A DNA stretch of 63,278 bases, filler included, from an uncultured bacterium (GTDB taxonomy: Bacteria > CAYJOG01): NCBI GenBank assembly GCA_964371695.1. It is 3 parts of 3 records of this genome, joined end to end, with 100 filler letters (N's around TTAATTAATTAA, not from the genome) between each part and the next. Parts side by side here need not be neighbours in the genome. Positions count along the whole stretch, not along the records: positions 44,357 to 63,278 come from CAYJOG010000006.1; 2 more parts are not named here. The stretch is one strand, 5' to 3'. Every line of letters starts with the position of its first letter. Within the stretch, counting starts at the first letter, position 1. The notes beneath the pieces are model-generated. The model was not told where the DNA came from. It ran no database searches and saw only the letters and a program-made list of their open reading frames with translations. Position numbers and translations under genes: made by a program. Below are positions 46,175 to 55,344 of the stretch, piece by piece.

Positions 46175-49100
46175 GGCGCACCTCCTTCATTGCCTTGCGC
46201 AGGCAAGGCGGCAGCCTCTCTGGCCAGGGCCGGACACCAGGGGAACTCCGCCTTGCCTCGGATGGTGCCATTGGCGCAGCGCAGGATGAGGTTGGCGTCC
46301 TCGGTGGTGATCTTGCCGTCTTTTGGCACGGCCACGTCGGCGAACAGAATCTGCGCCGACGTGGGGGCGCCCTTGCCGGTGGCAAACTTGTTGGCCAACA
46401 GCGCGTCGGCCTTGTCAATGTCGCCGTCACTGTCCATGTCGCCGCCCACGCTGATCACCTGAATGCCGTCGCTGCTGGCCACGGTGCTCAGTTGACCCAG
46501 GGCGTCGCTGGCCCGCACGTTCAGGTAATAGGTGTTGCCATAGGTCAGGCTGAGGCCCGTGGCGGTGGCGGTGATGGCCGTGCCAGCGCTGGTCCAGGTT
46601 TTTATGCTGGTGTCGCCCGCGCTGGTGCCGATGCTGTAGCTGTATTCGGCAATGCCGCTTACTGCGTCGCTAAAGCCTGTCCAGGTTGCGGTGAGCTGGG
46701 TTTTGCTGCTGGTGCTGGTTCCCTCGTCGCTCACCGTGCCGGTGACGGGGGCGGCGGTGTCCACGGTGATGCCGTCAGTGCTGGCCACGGTGCTGGTGTT
46801 GGCGGCGGCATCCTTGGCTCTGATGTTGATGAAATAAGCGCTGCCGTTGGCCAGCGAAAGCCCCGTGGCGATGAGGCTGGCGGCCAGGGGGGCCGTGGAG
46901 ACCACCCGCGCCGCGCCTGCCACGGTGGTCCAGTCGCGCACGCTGGCGCCCCCCGCGCTCGTGCCAATGCTGTATTCATACTGCGTGATCTCGGTGTTGT
47001 CGCTAAAGCCGGTCCAGGAGGCGTTCAGCGTGGTGGTGTTGCTCGTGAACTGGCCGTCGTCGGTGATGGTGCCGGGCGTGGGAGCGGTGGCGTCGGCGAT
47101 GTAAATGATGCCGTCGGTGCTGATCACGGTGCTGGTGTTGTTCACGTTGTCCACGGCGCGGATGTTGACGTAATAGGTGACGGTGCGGTCGGTGAGGTTC
47201 AGGCCTGTGGCGGTGACGGTGGTGCTGGTTCCCGCGCTGATCCAGTCGCGCACGCTGGCGTCACCGGCGCTCGTGCCGATGCTGTAGTCGTAACGGGCGA
47301 TGCCGCTCAGCGCATCGGCGAAGCCAGTCCAACTGGCCACAAGTTGCGTGCCGTTGTTGGTGCTGGTTCCCTCGTCGCTCACCGTGCCGGTGGTGGGGGA
47401 GGCGGTGTCCACGGTGATGCCGTCGGTGCTGGCGGCGGTGCTCACGTTGTTGGCTGCGTCCTTGGCTCTGACGTTGAAAAAATACTGCGCGGCGCTTGTG
47501 AGGTTCAGGCCCGTGGCGCTCACGCTGGTGGACGGAACAGCAATGGAAGCGGCCCGCGCTGCGGCGGGCACGGTGGTCCAGTCACGCACCGTGGTGCCCC
47601 CCGCGCTGGTGCCGATGCTGTATTCGTACTGGATGATGGCGGTGTTGTCGCTAAAGCCGGTCCACGAGGCGCTGAGCGTGGTGGTGCTGGCGGTGAACTG
47701 GCCGTCGTCGGTGACGGTGCCCGCCGTGGGGACTGCGGCGTCGGCCACATAGGTGACGCCTCCCGTGCTGGCCACGGTGCTGGTGTTGCCCGCGTTGTCC
47801 ACGGCGCGCACATTGATGAAATATTGTGTGCCGTCGGTGAGGTTCAGGCCTGCGGCGGTGACGGTGGTGGCCGCGCCGTTGTCGGTCCAGTCCCGCACCG
47901 TGGCGCCCCCCGCTGTGATGCCGATGCTGTAGTCGTAGCGGGCGATGCCGCTCAGTGCGTCGCTAAAACCGGCGATGGTGGCGGTGAGTTGTGTGCTGCT
48001 ATTGGTGGTGGCTCCCGCGTTGCTCACCGTGCCGGTGACGGGGGCCGTGGTGTCCACCGTGATGCCGTCGGTGCTGGCCACGGCACCGAGGTTACCAACG
48101 TTGTCCTTGGCGCGGATGTTGAAAAAATATTGTGTGGCGCTGGTGAGGCTCAGGCCCGTGGCGCTCACGTTGGTGTTCGTGGCCACGCTGGTCCAGTCAC
48201 GCACCGTGGTGCCCCCCGCGCTGGTGCCGATGCTGTAGCTGTATTCGGCCAAGCCGCTGGTGGCGTCGCTAAAGCCTGTCCATGAGGCGCTCAGTGTGGT
48301 GGTGCTGCTGGTGTGTGTGCCGTCATCGCTGGCCGTGCCCGTCGTGGGGGCTGTGGTATCTATGGTGATGCCGTTGCTGTTCACCACCGAAGACCAGTTT
48401 CCCGCGTCATCCCTGGCCTGCAAGTAGACCACGATGGTTTTGCCATCGCCGGGGTCAAAAAATGCCTCGTTGATAGAGGTGTTGTTGGTGGTGGTGGACG
48501 CCACCAGAGCATTGACGCCATCATCGGCGAGATAGGCGCTGTAGCTGTAGCCGGTCACCCCCACGGTGTCGGTGAAGCCATACCACGAGGCGCTGATGCT
48601 GTCGTTGTTGGTCTGAAACTGGCCGTTGTCCGCCACCGTTCCGCCAGTGGGGGCGGTTTCATCGATGTTATACATCCAAAAATCACTGCCTCCGGTCAAC
48701 GCATAAAACTTGTGGTTGGCGACCCGCACCAGCGCCGAACCCCCACTAACCGTGACAGGTGTGCCTGTCAGGGTAGCCCAACTGTTTTGGGCGATGTCAT
48801 AACGATAAAAATTGTTGGTGAAACCACCTTTAAAGGCATAAATATAGTTGCCGCCGTCATGCACTATCGCGCCGCCAGCCCCAATGGCATTGGGTGTGGC
48901 AGCCATCGTGGTCCAACTGTTGCCACTGATGCTGTAACGCAAAAAAACCGTTGATCCCCCTTGAAGGGCATATAAAAAATCGTTCCCCGTGGAAACAAGT
49001 TTTCCGCCATCTACCAAGAGTCCGGGAGCATTGGCAAGAGCCGTCCAGTTATCGTTGGCGATGCTGTAACACCAGAGGGTATCTGTCGTATTCCCCCGCA

Positions 49101-49560
49101 GGACATAGAGACAATCCCCGCTGCCGGGGAAAGCCATGCCGCCACCATAGGCTATTGTGGCGGGGGCGTTCGCCAGAGTGGTCCAACTGTTACCACTGAT
49201 GCTGTAGCGCTGCAGGCCGGTGTTGAGGTTGCCCTGCAGGGAATAAAGGTAATCTCCGCTCCCCAGGTAAACCAGGGAGCCGCCCGCGTTGACACCGCCG
49301 CCATGTGAGGGCACGGGCGTCAAGGCTGCCCAAGTGTTGTTGCTGATGCTGTAACGCACAAAACCCACTTGGCCGTTGCCCTCTTGGCTATAGATATAAT
49401 CACCTGACAAGGGATAGGCCAAATCGGCTCCGTTGTAGTTGGAGAGTGGAAGGCTTGCTTTGCTGGACCAACCCGCCTGTGCGTTGCCTGCACTCAGCAA
49501 CCACACCAACCCAACCAGGACCAACGAGAGCCCTTTGTAGAACAAAAAGTGTTTTTTCAT
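46171..49560 (-). CDS. Secreted protein: 6-blade Kelch propeller, 7 FN3/Ig-like repeats, C-terminal dockerin
   Basis: Signal peptide AQA; six RYSI..NSW..L..P blades; seven DT.AP..GTV.D...SW.GFSD..YSIGT...VRA.D repeats; GDMDSDGDIDKADA...ADV...DGKITTEDA. Confidence 0.88.
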   Translation of the reverse strand: MKKHFLFYKGLSLVLVGLVWLLSAGNAQAGWSSKASLPLSNYNGADLAYPLSGDYIYSQEGNGQVGFVRYSISNNTWAALTPVPSHGGGVNAGGSLVYLGSGDYLYSLQGNLNTGLQRYSISGNSWTTLANAPATIAYGGGMAFPGSGDCLYVLRGNTTDTLWCYSIANDNWTALANAPGLLVDGGKLVSTGNDFLYALQGGSTVFLRYSISGNSWTTMAATPNAIGAGGAIVHDGGNYIYAFKGGFTNNFYRYDIAQNSWATLTGTPVTVSGGSALVRVANHKFYALTGGSDFWMYNIDETAPTGGTVADNGQFQTNNDSISASWYGFTDTVGVTGYSYSAYLADDGVNALVASTTTNNTSINEAFFDPGDGKTIVVYLQARDDAGNWSSVVNSNGITIDTTAPTTGTASDDGTHTSSTTTLSASWTGFSDATSGLAEYSYSIGTSAGGTTVRDWTSVATNTNVSATGLSLTSATQYFFNIRAKDNVGNLGAVASTDGITVDTTAPVTGTVSNAGATTNSSTQLTATIAGFSDALSGIARYDYSIGITAGGATVRDWTDNGAATTVTAAGLNLTDGTQYFINVRAVDNAGNTSTVASTGGVTYVADAAVPTAGTVTDDGQFTASTTTLSASWTGFSDNTAIIQYEYSIGTSAGGTTVRDWTTVPAAARAASIAVPSTSVSATGLNLTSAAQYFFNVRAKDAANNVSTAASTDGITVDTASPTTGTVSDEGTSTNNGTQLVASWTGFADALSGIARYDYSIGTSAGDASVRDWISAGTSTTVTATGLNLTDRTVTYYVNIRAVDNVNNTSTVISTDGIIYIADATAPTPGTITDDGQFTSNTTTLNASWTGFSDNTEITQYEYSIGTSAGGASVRDWTTVAGAARVVSTAPLAASLIATGLSLANGSAYFINIRAKDAAANTSTVASTDGITVDTAAPVTGTVSDEGTSTSSKTQLTATWTGFSDAVSGIAEYSYSIGTSAGDTSIKTWTSAGTAITATATGLSLTYGNTYYLNVRASDALGQLSTVASSDGIQVISVGGDMDSDGDIDKADALLANKFATGKGAPTSAQILFADVAVPKDGKITTEDANLILRCANGTIRGKAEFPWCPALAREAAALPAQGNEGGAP

Positions 49561-49770
49561 TTTTTGGTTGTCCTTTAAAAAGGGTGTTTTTGAAAAGTAG
49601 CCAGGAAAGGCAGGAAAGGGATAACCAAGGGGCTGCCAACTTCTGGGCGGGCACCTTCTTTAAGAGCGGGAAGGCGCTGTGTGCCAGAATCGGCCGGATT
49701 ATGACTACTTTGTTCTGGTTTTTTCAATTTCTTGGGCAAAAAACCCGTGCTCACCCAAAAAATGTTCCGA

Positions 49771-50170
49771 TCAAGGTTCATTCGTATCAGTCCGGTACAA
49801 ATTTCGGGAGGCGAGCAGCTTGAAGCCGCGTGAGGGAGAAAGCCGGGAGGCTGACGCCATCACGAAGGCTTGGTTACTGATGGCTGACCCTGATTTTTTC
49901 AACGCGAAATAGATTCTGGCCAAGCTACCGTATGACTGGATGGTCCATCCGGGGAGGAAAGCGAAGTTGTTCCTGGCAGCGTCTGTCAGGCCGGTTGGCA
50001 AACCTTTTGTTACCCAAGCTTTTCAATTTGTCTTCGAGCATCTGAATCTGGACACGAAGGGTGGCGTTCTCCAGACGAAGATCGGTAGAGGACTTGAGAC
50101 CGGACCTGAAGGCTGCGGCCAGCCCCGGCAAACCGCCGATCAGGCCCCAAAGGGTGTTGAAGGCCATCAT
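49771..50170 (-). pseudogene. Probable frameshifted small gene
   Basis: ORFs 49925-50170 and 49771-50001 join if one A is removed from the AAAA run near 50005. Confidence 0.35.
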
Positions 50171-50936
50171 GAAACCTCCCAGGGGTCAGAAAAAACTTGT
50201 AACACGATTTTAGACGGGTTGGCGGATACGCAGGTCCAAAAGCGCCCAAGATGTTCTCTGGAAGTGAATAAGTGGGATCGCAAAAGGGGTAAAAACAGCT
50301 GGTAGCAGGGCACCTGCCCGGCAGGGGTGAATTTAAAAAACACCAGCAAAACAGCCTTGGATATATTTATTGGGGAGCTTGGAAGGGCACCTGGACGGCC
50401 CAAATCGAGGGGCTACCCCCGGATGGCCCGGCCATCCTCAGCCCACCCCAGCGAACAGCGGCTTAGTCGCCAAAAGACGAGGCCAAAATGACCCTTTTTC
50501 AGGCTCCAGTCTCAGAGACCGTTTTGTAATGATATTTGTTCCCTCCACCCCACCGGCACCCGCAAGGGTCTCACGCACCGGGGAGCTAAAGCTCCCCGGA
50601 TTGCGTTGCAGCCCCACCGGGAAAAATAAACCCGCAAAAACCGCCTGTTTTTGAAGGGTCTTTTGTGGCCAGCCGCCGAAACGCCATTCCCCCAGAGGAC
50701 TGCCGCTGGCGACCACCCCGGAGAAAACTGCGCTGTTTTGTCTCAGTCTGGCCCCCGTCTCAGCAGTGTAGAGGTCAACGCGTTCCGTAGTCCTCTACAA
50801 AACCCCTGATTTGAAGGGGGTAAATTTTTTGAGTTTCGATTCCTCATGCCTATTTGGGTTGAACCGAGTGGGGGTCGAAATGTCTATTCCGGCATCTATT
50901 TCGGACGTGTTGGAGCGTCGTTGATGTTTTAATAGA

Positions 50937-53900
50937 TTATGCTTCGGGCTGATGTTCGGATCGGATAAGTTCAGCTTCCCTTTCGTAGGCAGAAGCTAAG
51001 TTGCGCAACGTAAGGGCAAGTCGCTGAAAACCGGCGTTTTCTACCTCTTCGGCTTTAAGAGCATAACCTGAAGCTAATTCTTTTTCAGGTTCGCCTGTTG
51101 GGTCGACCTGATGAACGCCACGTGAATTGTATAGTCCTGTTCTAAAACCATCCCGAAGGGGATCAGCATCGCGATGATTCAATGCTGCTGCGACAGCGCG
51201 GTGAATCCATAAGCCAGTTGGATCTGAGGGGGCATGAATCAAAACTTCGCCTATATTGGCGAGTGCAACTTCCAAGTGGCCGGACTCCAGACATGCATCC
51301 TTTACTATTTGAAGCCATTCAGTGAATCTCTTTTCGCAGAAGGTTCCATCGTTTTGCGTGCTAGGCGGTATTGTCCACTCATGGAGAAGCCTCCAGGCGT
51401 TTTTTGCGATTGCTTTTGATTCTTCAGTGGGTTCTTTTGACGGTTTGTCTTCCTTCTTGGATCGGTAGATCAGTCGAATCACCTCACAAAAGAAGTTGGG
51501 GTCATTAGCCAGCCTGTTTTCTAGGAGTCTGGGTGCTGCACCGCCAGGACTGTAAAGCAAGGGAACATATGCCCACTCCACTCTAAAAAGGTCATCCTGG
51601 TTTACGGAAGGCTCTGTCTGGAGAAACTTGATCAGTTCGACAATATGGTGCCCGTCCATTGCGTAGCTAGGCTCACTGGAAGAAAGTGCTTTGAGTAGTG
51701 CTCGAACGCATTGACTGGTGTCGATTGCTTGCTTGGTCCGGCGCATTCTGTACAAGCAGTTGATCGCAGCGTGGGGTCTGTCATGTTCCATGAGTTTCTC
51801 AATGGCAATGGGAAGATCGCCTTCGGTTTGATAAACATTTGCGCTGGCGTGAGTCCAATATTCATCCTCATGCATTTGAAGCCAGTCAGAAACGCGATTC
51901 CATGTTTCCTTGGAAAAAGGCAAACAAGTCAGAAACTGTCCGGCTTGCGTGGGAGTCCAATTGGATTTATCGATACTGTCGCACCACTCCCAACCTAAGA
52001 TGTGGTGGCGCTTACAAATAAAGCCGTTTGCTAACGCCTTAAGCTTTTTATTTGGTGTATCCAAGAAGCGAGGCAGAAGGTCCAGTTCAATTGATGGGTC
52101 ATTTATGATTCCAAGTGCGTTCCCTACTTGGCTGGATGAATAAACAGCTTCAGAAAATCGAATGACGCCTTTGATGCCACTTTGCTGAAATATTTCCGAT
52201 ATGGCTTTTTCACGTCGTGTGTCGATTTTCTTTCGCTGCTCCTCCCAGTCGCCGTTCTCGTCGTAGAGATGAGAATCGCTAAATTCAAAGAGGTGCTGAT
52301 ATAGATTGAATGGATTTGTTGGGGTGAGCTGTTTGGCAACTTGCTCGATACGGGTGATCAGTTCATCAGATAATGCCCATTGGGCATCGGAAAATCGGCG
52401 GTGTTGGTGTGTTAATTTCGTGAGGTGTTCCCAAAGTGAAAGTCGTTGCTCTTCAGGAAGTTCTGAAATGGTTTGGGAGGCAAGGACTTCAATAAGTTGA
52501 TCAAAGGCAGGTCTGGGCAGATGGTCAAAATGGTCAATCAGCACGGAGAGTCGGTCAGCGTCAGTGCCTGCGGTAGCCACCGCAAGCTCCCCATATATAG
52601 ATACCTGTTGCCAGTATTCCTGAGAGGTTACGCTTTCTTCCCGACCGTCGGGGATTGTCTTTCGCCAGCTTGGCTTGTGCGAGCCGGTAGAGATTCTGTG
52701 TTGATCAGGTAGAAGCTGGATGATCAGATTCCAGGCAATTTCCGGTCTTTCATTTAGGAGCGTCTGCACAGCCACCTTGCGCTTATCTACAGATGCCAGT
52801 GTTTGCGGAAACCAGGGGAGTAGTATGGTCGCAAGCGAATTGGATGGACGATTGGCCAACCGGCCACCAGGGTCATGGCTGGCGAGTTCGCCAAGCACAA
52901 CACAGACCCGAACCAGAAATTGCTCATCCCAAGCCAGGCCTTCTAAAGCCCACAATAGGCCGGTCAGATAATTACCTCCGGTGAAGCCATCGCCTTCTTG
53001 GGAAAAAAGTTCATCAAATGGGCAGGGCGTCAGGTGCAATGCATCCTCGACGGCATTGAGAAATTCGTCGGGTGCGGCTTCAGCCAGAGTGGGAAGTAGA
53101 CCATTCAGGCTACCCCATAAAACCCAGTCAGAACCGGTCAGGAGTTGGCGTATCACTCGCGCAGAGGTTGATTCAGCTTTCCCAAGCGAGCAGTTGCTGC
53201 ATCCATCGGGAAGGCTGCCCAAAATGGCTAAACCCTCGGCGATTCCTTCTCGCAGCATGTGTGATCTCTTCAGAACCTTGCCATGAATGCTCGCCGCGTA
53301 ACGCTCGTCGACGGGCAGTTCAAAAGCGGGGTCTGGCTCTTGCAATATGGAAACAGCCAACGATCTAAAAGTGTCGAGATTTTGATCAAGAATACGTGAT
53401 CCCAGCAGATCCCAAAGCTCCGTTCGATTGTTAACTTTCCAGACGCCATTTTTTAGGGACAACGGGCTGTCAGAGTAGTGCAATATGTCCCGTGCCTTCG
53501 TTAGCCACTCGTCGTAACTTATGCCGAGCAATTGAGTTATCGACTCAAGGTCGCACTCGCTTTTTTCGTTCCAGCTTCCAATAAGAATTGCCAAAGCAAG
53601 GTAGGTTGCGTCTGAGTGCTGGCTCCAATCGGTTTTAGGACTATTGGGTATGGCCTTAAATTCCTTAGGCATCTCTGTCACGGCCTTTTGCTTAAAGGCT
53701 TCCAGAATGTCGTCTGGCAGTTTTCCGGGTGTTATTGTTCCTGCATCCTGATTCCAAGTTTGTACGATATCGACAATTCGTGACCAAGCCCACTGTGGAT
53801 GATGTTGCTGAAATTGGGAAATGTGGGAATGCAAGAGAGACAAGACAACGCCGAAATCGTTACCCAGGTCGTAACCGAGGAGATGGAAGTGTTTTAGGAA

Positions 53901-54473
53901 GTCATAGAGCTTGTCCTTTGGAACATCAATCCCGCCGTTTGCCTCTTTTAGGCGGTGCTGAATGACTTCAAGTTTCTTGGCGCTTTGAGGTGGGCTGAAC
54001 TTTTCCTGATAGACTCTTCTGAAAAACTCGTCGACGTTTTTTGTGTGCCTCGCTTGGTTCAACAACCACTGTGCGTTGTGTGCATCGGTTGCGTTAATTG
54101 GCCCTGTAATCAGCGCGATAACATCCTTATTCCTTGTGAACACTGCACAGTTATTGAAATCGTTCCAAGCGGCCTGCATGACCTCCCCGAACAGGGAGCT
54201 ACCCTGTGTGATGGGAATGGAATGCTTGACCTGTCCGAGAAGTTTTCGCCGCTCCTTGCTGATTGTGTCTTCTACAAAAACAACGAGGTCATCAGTTTCA
54301 AAACCATCAATCTTGCCCTGAAGTTTGATTTCGACAATTGGCCAGCAGGGAAGACAGGGGGCATGTCCGCCGGAAAGCATCAACGTAACAAATGATGCCT
54401 GGACATGCGCTTCAAAATGAAAACCACCACCGCCTGTGGAAAAGGGGTTGCTGAGATTTTTGCTTTTGCTCAT
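50937..54473 (-). CDS. 1178-aa defence-island protein with a putative N-terminal PD-(D/E)XK nuclease and a long helical region
   Basis: STGGGG..FE...TDDLVV...LLGQVKH resembles a D..QxK nuclease; no Walker A seen; AT-richer than host genes. Confidence 0.7.
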   Translation of the reverse strand: MSKSKNLSNPFSTGGGGFHFEAHVQASFVTLMLSGGHAPCLPCWPIVEIKLQGKIDGFETDDLVVFVEDTISKERRKLLGQVKHSIPITQGSSLFGEVMQAAWNDFNNCAVFTRNKDVIALITGPINATDAHNAQWLLNQARHTKNVDEFFRRVYQEKFSPPQSAKKLEVIQHRLKEANGGIDVPKDKLYDFLKHFHLLGYDLGNDFGVVLSLLHSHISQFQQHHPQWAWSRIVDIVQTWNQDAGTITPGKLPDDILEAFKQKAVTEMPKEFKAIPNSPKTDWSQHSDATYLALAILIGSWNEKSECDLESITQLLGISYDEWLTKARDILHYSDSPLSLKNGVWKVNNRTELWDLLGSRILDQNLDTFRSLAVSILQEPDPAFELPVDERYAASIHGKVLKRSHMLREGIAEGLAILGSLPDGCSNCSLGKAESTSARVIRQLLTGSDWVLWGSLNGLLPTLAEAAPDEFLNAVEDALHLTPCPFDELFSQEGDGFTGGNYLTGLLWALEGLAWDEQFLVRVCVVLGELASHDPGGRLANRPSNSLATILLPWFPQTLASVDKRKVAVQTLLNERPEIAWNLIIQLLPDQHRISTGSHKPSWRKTIPDGREESVTSQEYWQQVSIYGELAVATAGTDADRLSVLIDHFDHLPRPAFDQLIEVLASQTISELPEEQRLSLWEHLTKLTHQHRRFSDAQWALSDELITRIEQVAKQLTPTNPFNLYQHLFEFSDSHLYDENGDWEEQRKKIDTRREKAISEIFQQSGIKGVIRFSEAVYSSSQVGNALGIINDPSIELDLLPRFLDTPNKKLKALANGFICKRHHILGWEWCDSIDKSNWTPTQAGQFLTCLPFSKETWNRVSDWLQMHEDEYWTHASANVYQTEGDLPIAIEKLMEHDRPHAAINCLYRMRRTKQAIDTSQCVRALLKALSSSEPSYAMDGHHIVELIKFLQTEPSVNQDDLFRVEWAYVPLLYSPGGAAPRLLENRLANDPNFFCEVIRLIYRSKKEDKPSKEPTEESKAIAKNAWRLLHEWTIPPSTQNDGTFCEKRFTEWLQIVKDACLESGHLEVALANIGEVLIHAPSDPTGLWIHRAVAAALNHRDADPLRDGFRTGLYNSRGVHQVDPTGEPEKELASGYALKAEEVENAGFQRLALTLRNLASAYEREAELIRSEHQPEA

Positions 54474-54615
54474 TTGTCGATGTCCCGTGCGGTGTTTTTC
54501 TCACTCCAGGTTTTGTGGCAAAGGTTGGTGAGCTTGTGGTGGAAGGGATGATGCCTATATGGGAATTGACGATACTTGTCAAAGTTTTGATGCTTGTTGA
54601 GTCCTCCAAATCGTT

Positions 54616-55344
54616 TTATTTCCATGCCTGCTCCAGGCGGCGTTTCCGCTCCTCCCAGTCTGGCATGATCTGGCGAAGGAGGGTGAAAAACTGAGCGTTG
54701 TGGTCCCGGTGAATCAGGTGGCACAACTCGTGGGTGATGACGTACTCGATGCAAGGTTTTGGGGTTTGGATCAGGTTGGTGTTCAGCATCATCCGGCCCC
54801 CTTGGGAGAGGCTTCCCCAGCGGCTTCTCATCTCCCGGATGAGGATGGGGGGGCTGGCAAACCCCTTGCGGCCAAAGGGGAGGATGCAAGATTCCAGGAC
54901 TTCGGGAAAGATCGTCTTGGCCCGGTCCAGATACCATTTTCGAAGGATGGTTCTCACGCGGTCGGGTGGTAGCGCGGTTGGGCCAGCTACCACCAGTTCT
55001 CCTCTGGTGAGGATGACCCGGTCCTTGGGGGTGTCCGGCGCGATGCCCCGGACCCGCAAACGGTACTGTCTGCCGAGGTAACGGTGCGATTCTCCGCTGA
55101 CGTAAAGGCGAGGGGTTTCCCTTTCTTCATATTGAGCAAATCCCGTGCGTTGGCGGCTGATCCACTTTGCCCGTGACTGAAGTTTTTCCATGATGAGGGT
55201 CTCGCTACTGTCCGGGGGGACCAGCACCAGCACCTGACCATCGGGGTGTACCTCAATGCCAAGGGTGCGCCGCCGGGGGCGTTCTTCCACCTCAAAGGGG
55301 ATAGTCTCCCCACCGTATTGGATCTGCCCACTGCTCAGCATCAC
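54616..55344 (-). CDS. M48/SprT-like (YgjP/DUF45) zinc metallopeptidase
   Basis: RWGS and IEYVITHELCHL..H..F motifs; usual position after hsdR. Confidence 0.92.
   Translation of the reverse strand: MMLSSGQIQYGGETIPFEVEERPRRRTLGIEVHPDGQVLVLVPPDSSETLIMEKLQSRAKWISRQRTGFAQYEERETPRLYVSGESHRYLGRQYRLRVRGIAPDTPKDRVILTRGELVVAGPTALPPDRVRTILRKWYLDRAKTIFPEVLESCILPFGRKGFASPPILIREMRSRWGSLSQGGRMMLNTNLIQTPKPCIEYVITHELCHLIHRDHNAQFFTLLRQIMPDWEERKRRLEQAWK

Noticed and set aside
46440-48660. Near-identical DNA repeats as a diversity-generating retroelement TR/VR pair
   Set aside because: They are in-frame FN3 domain repeats, differences are not adenine-specific, and no reverse transcriptase is present
50826-50855. 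tgagtTTCGATTcctca as a tRNA T-arm / att remnant
   Set aside because: Lacks the G53-C61 pair and there is no acceptor stem or CCA
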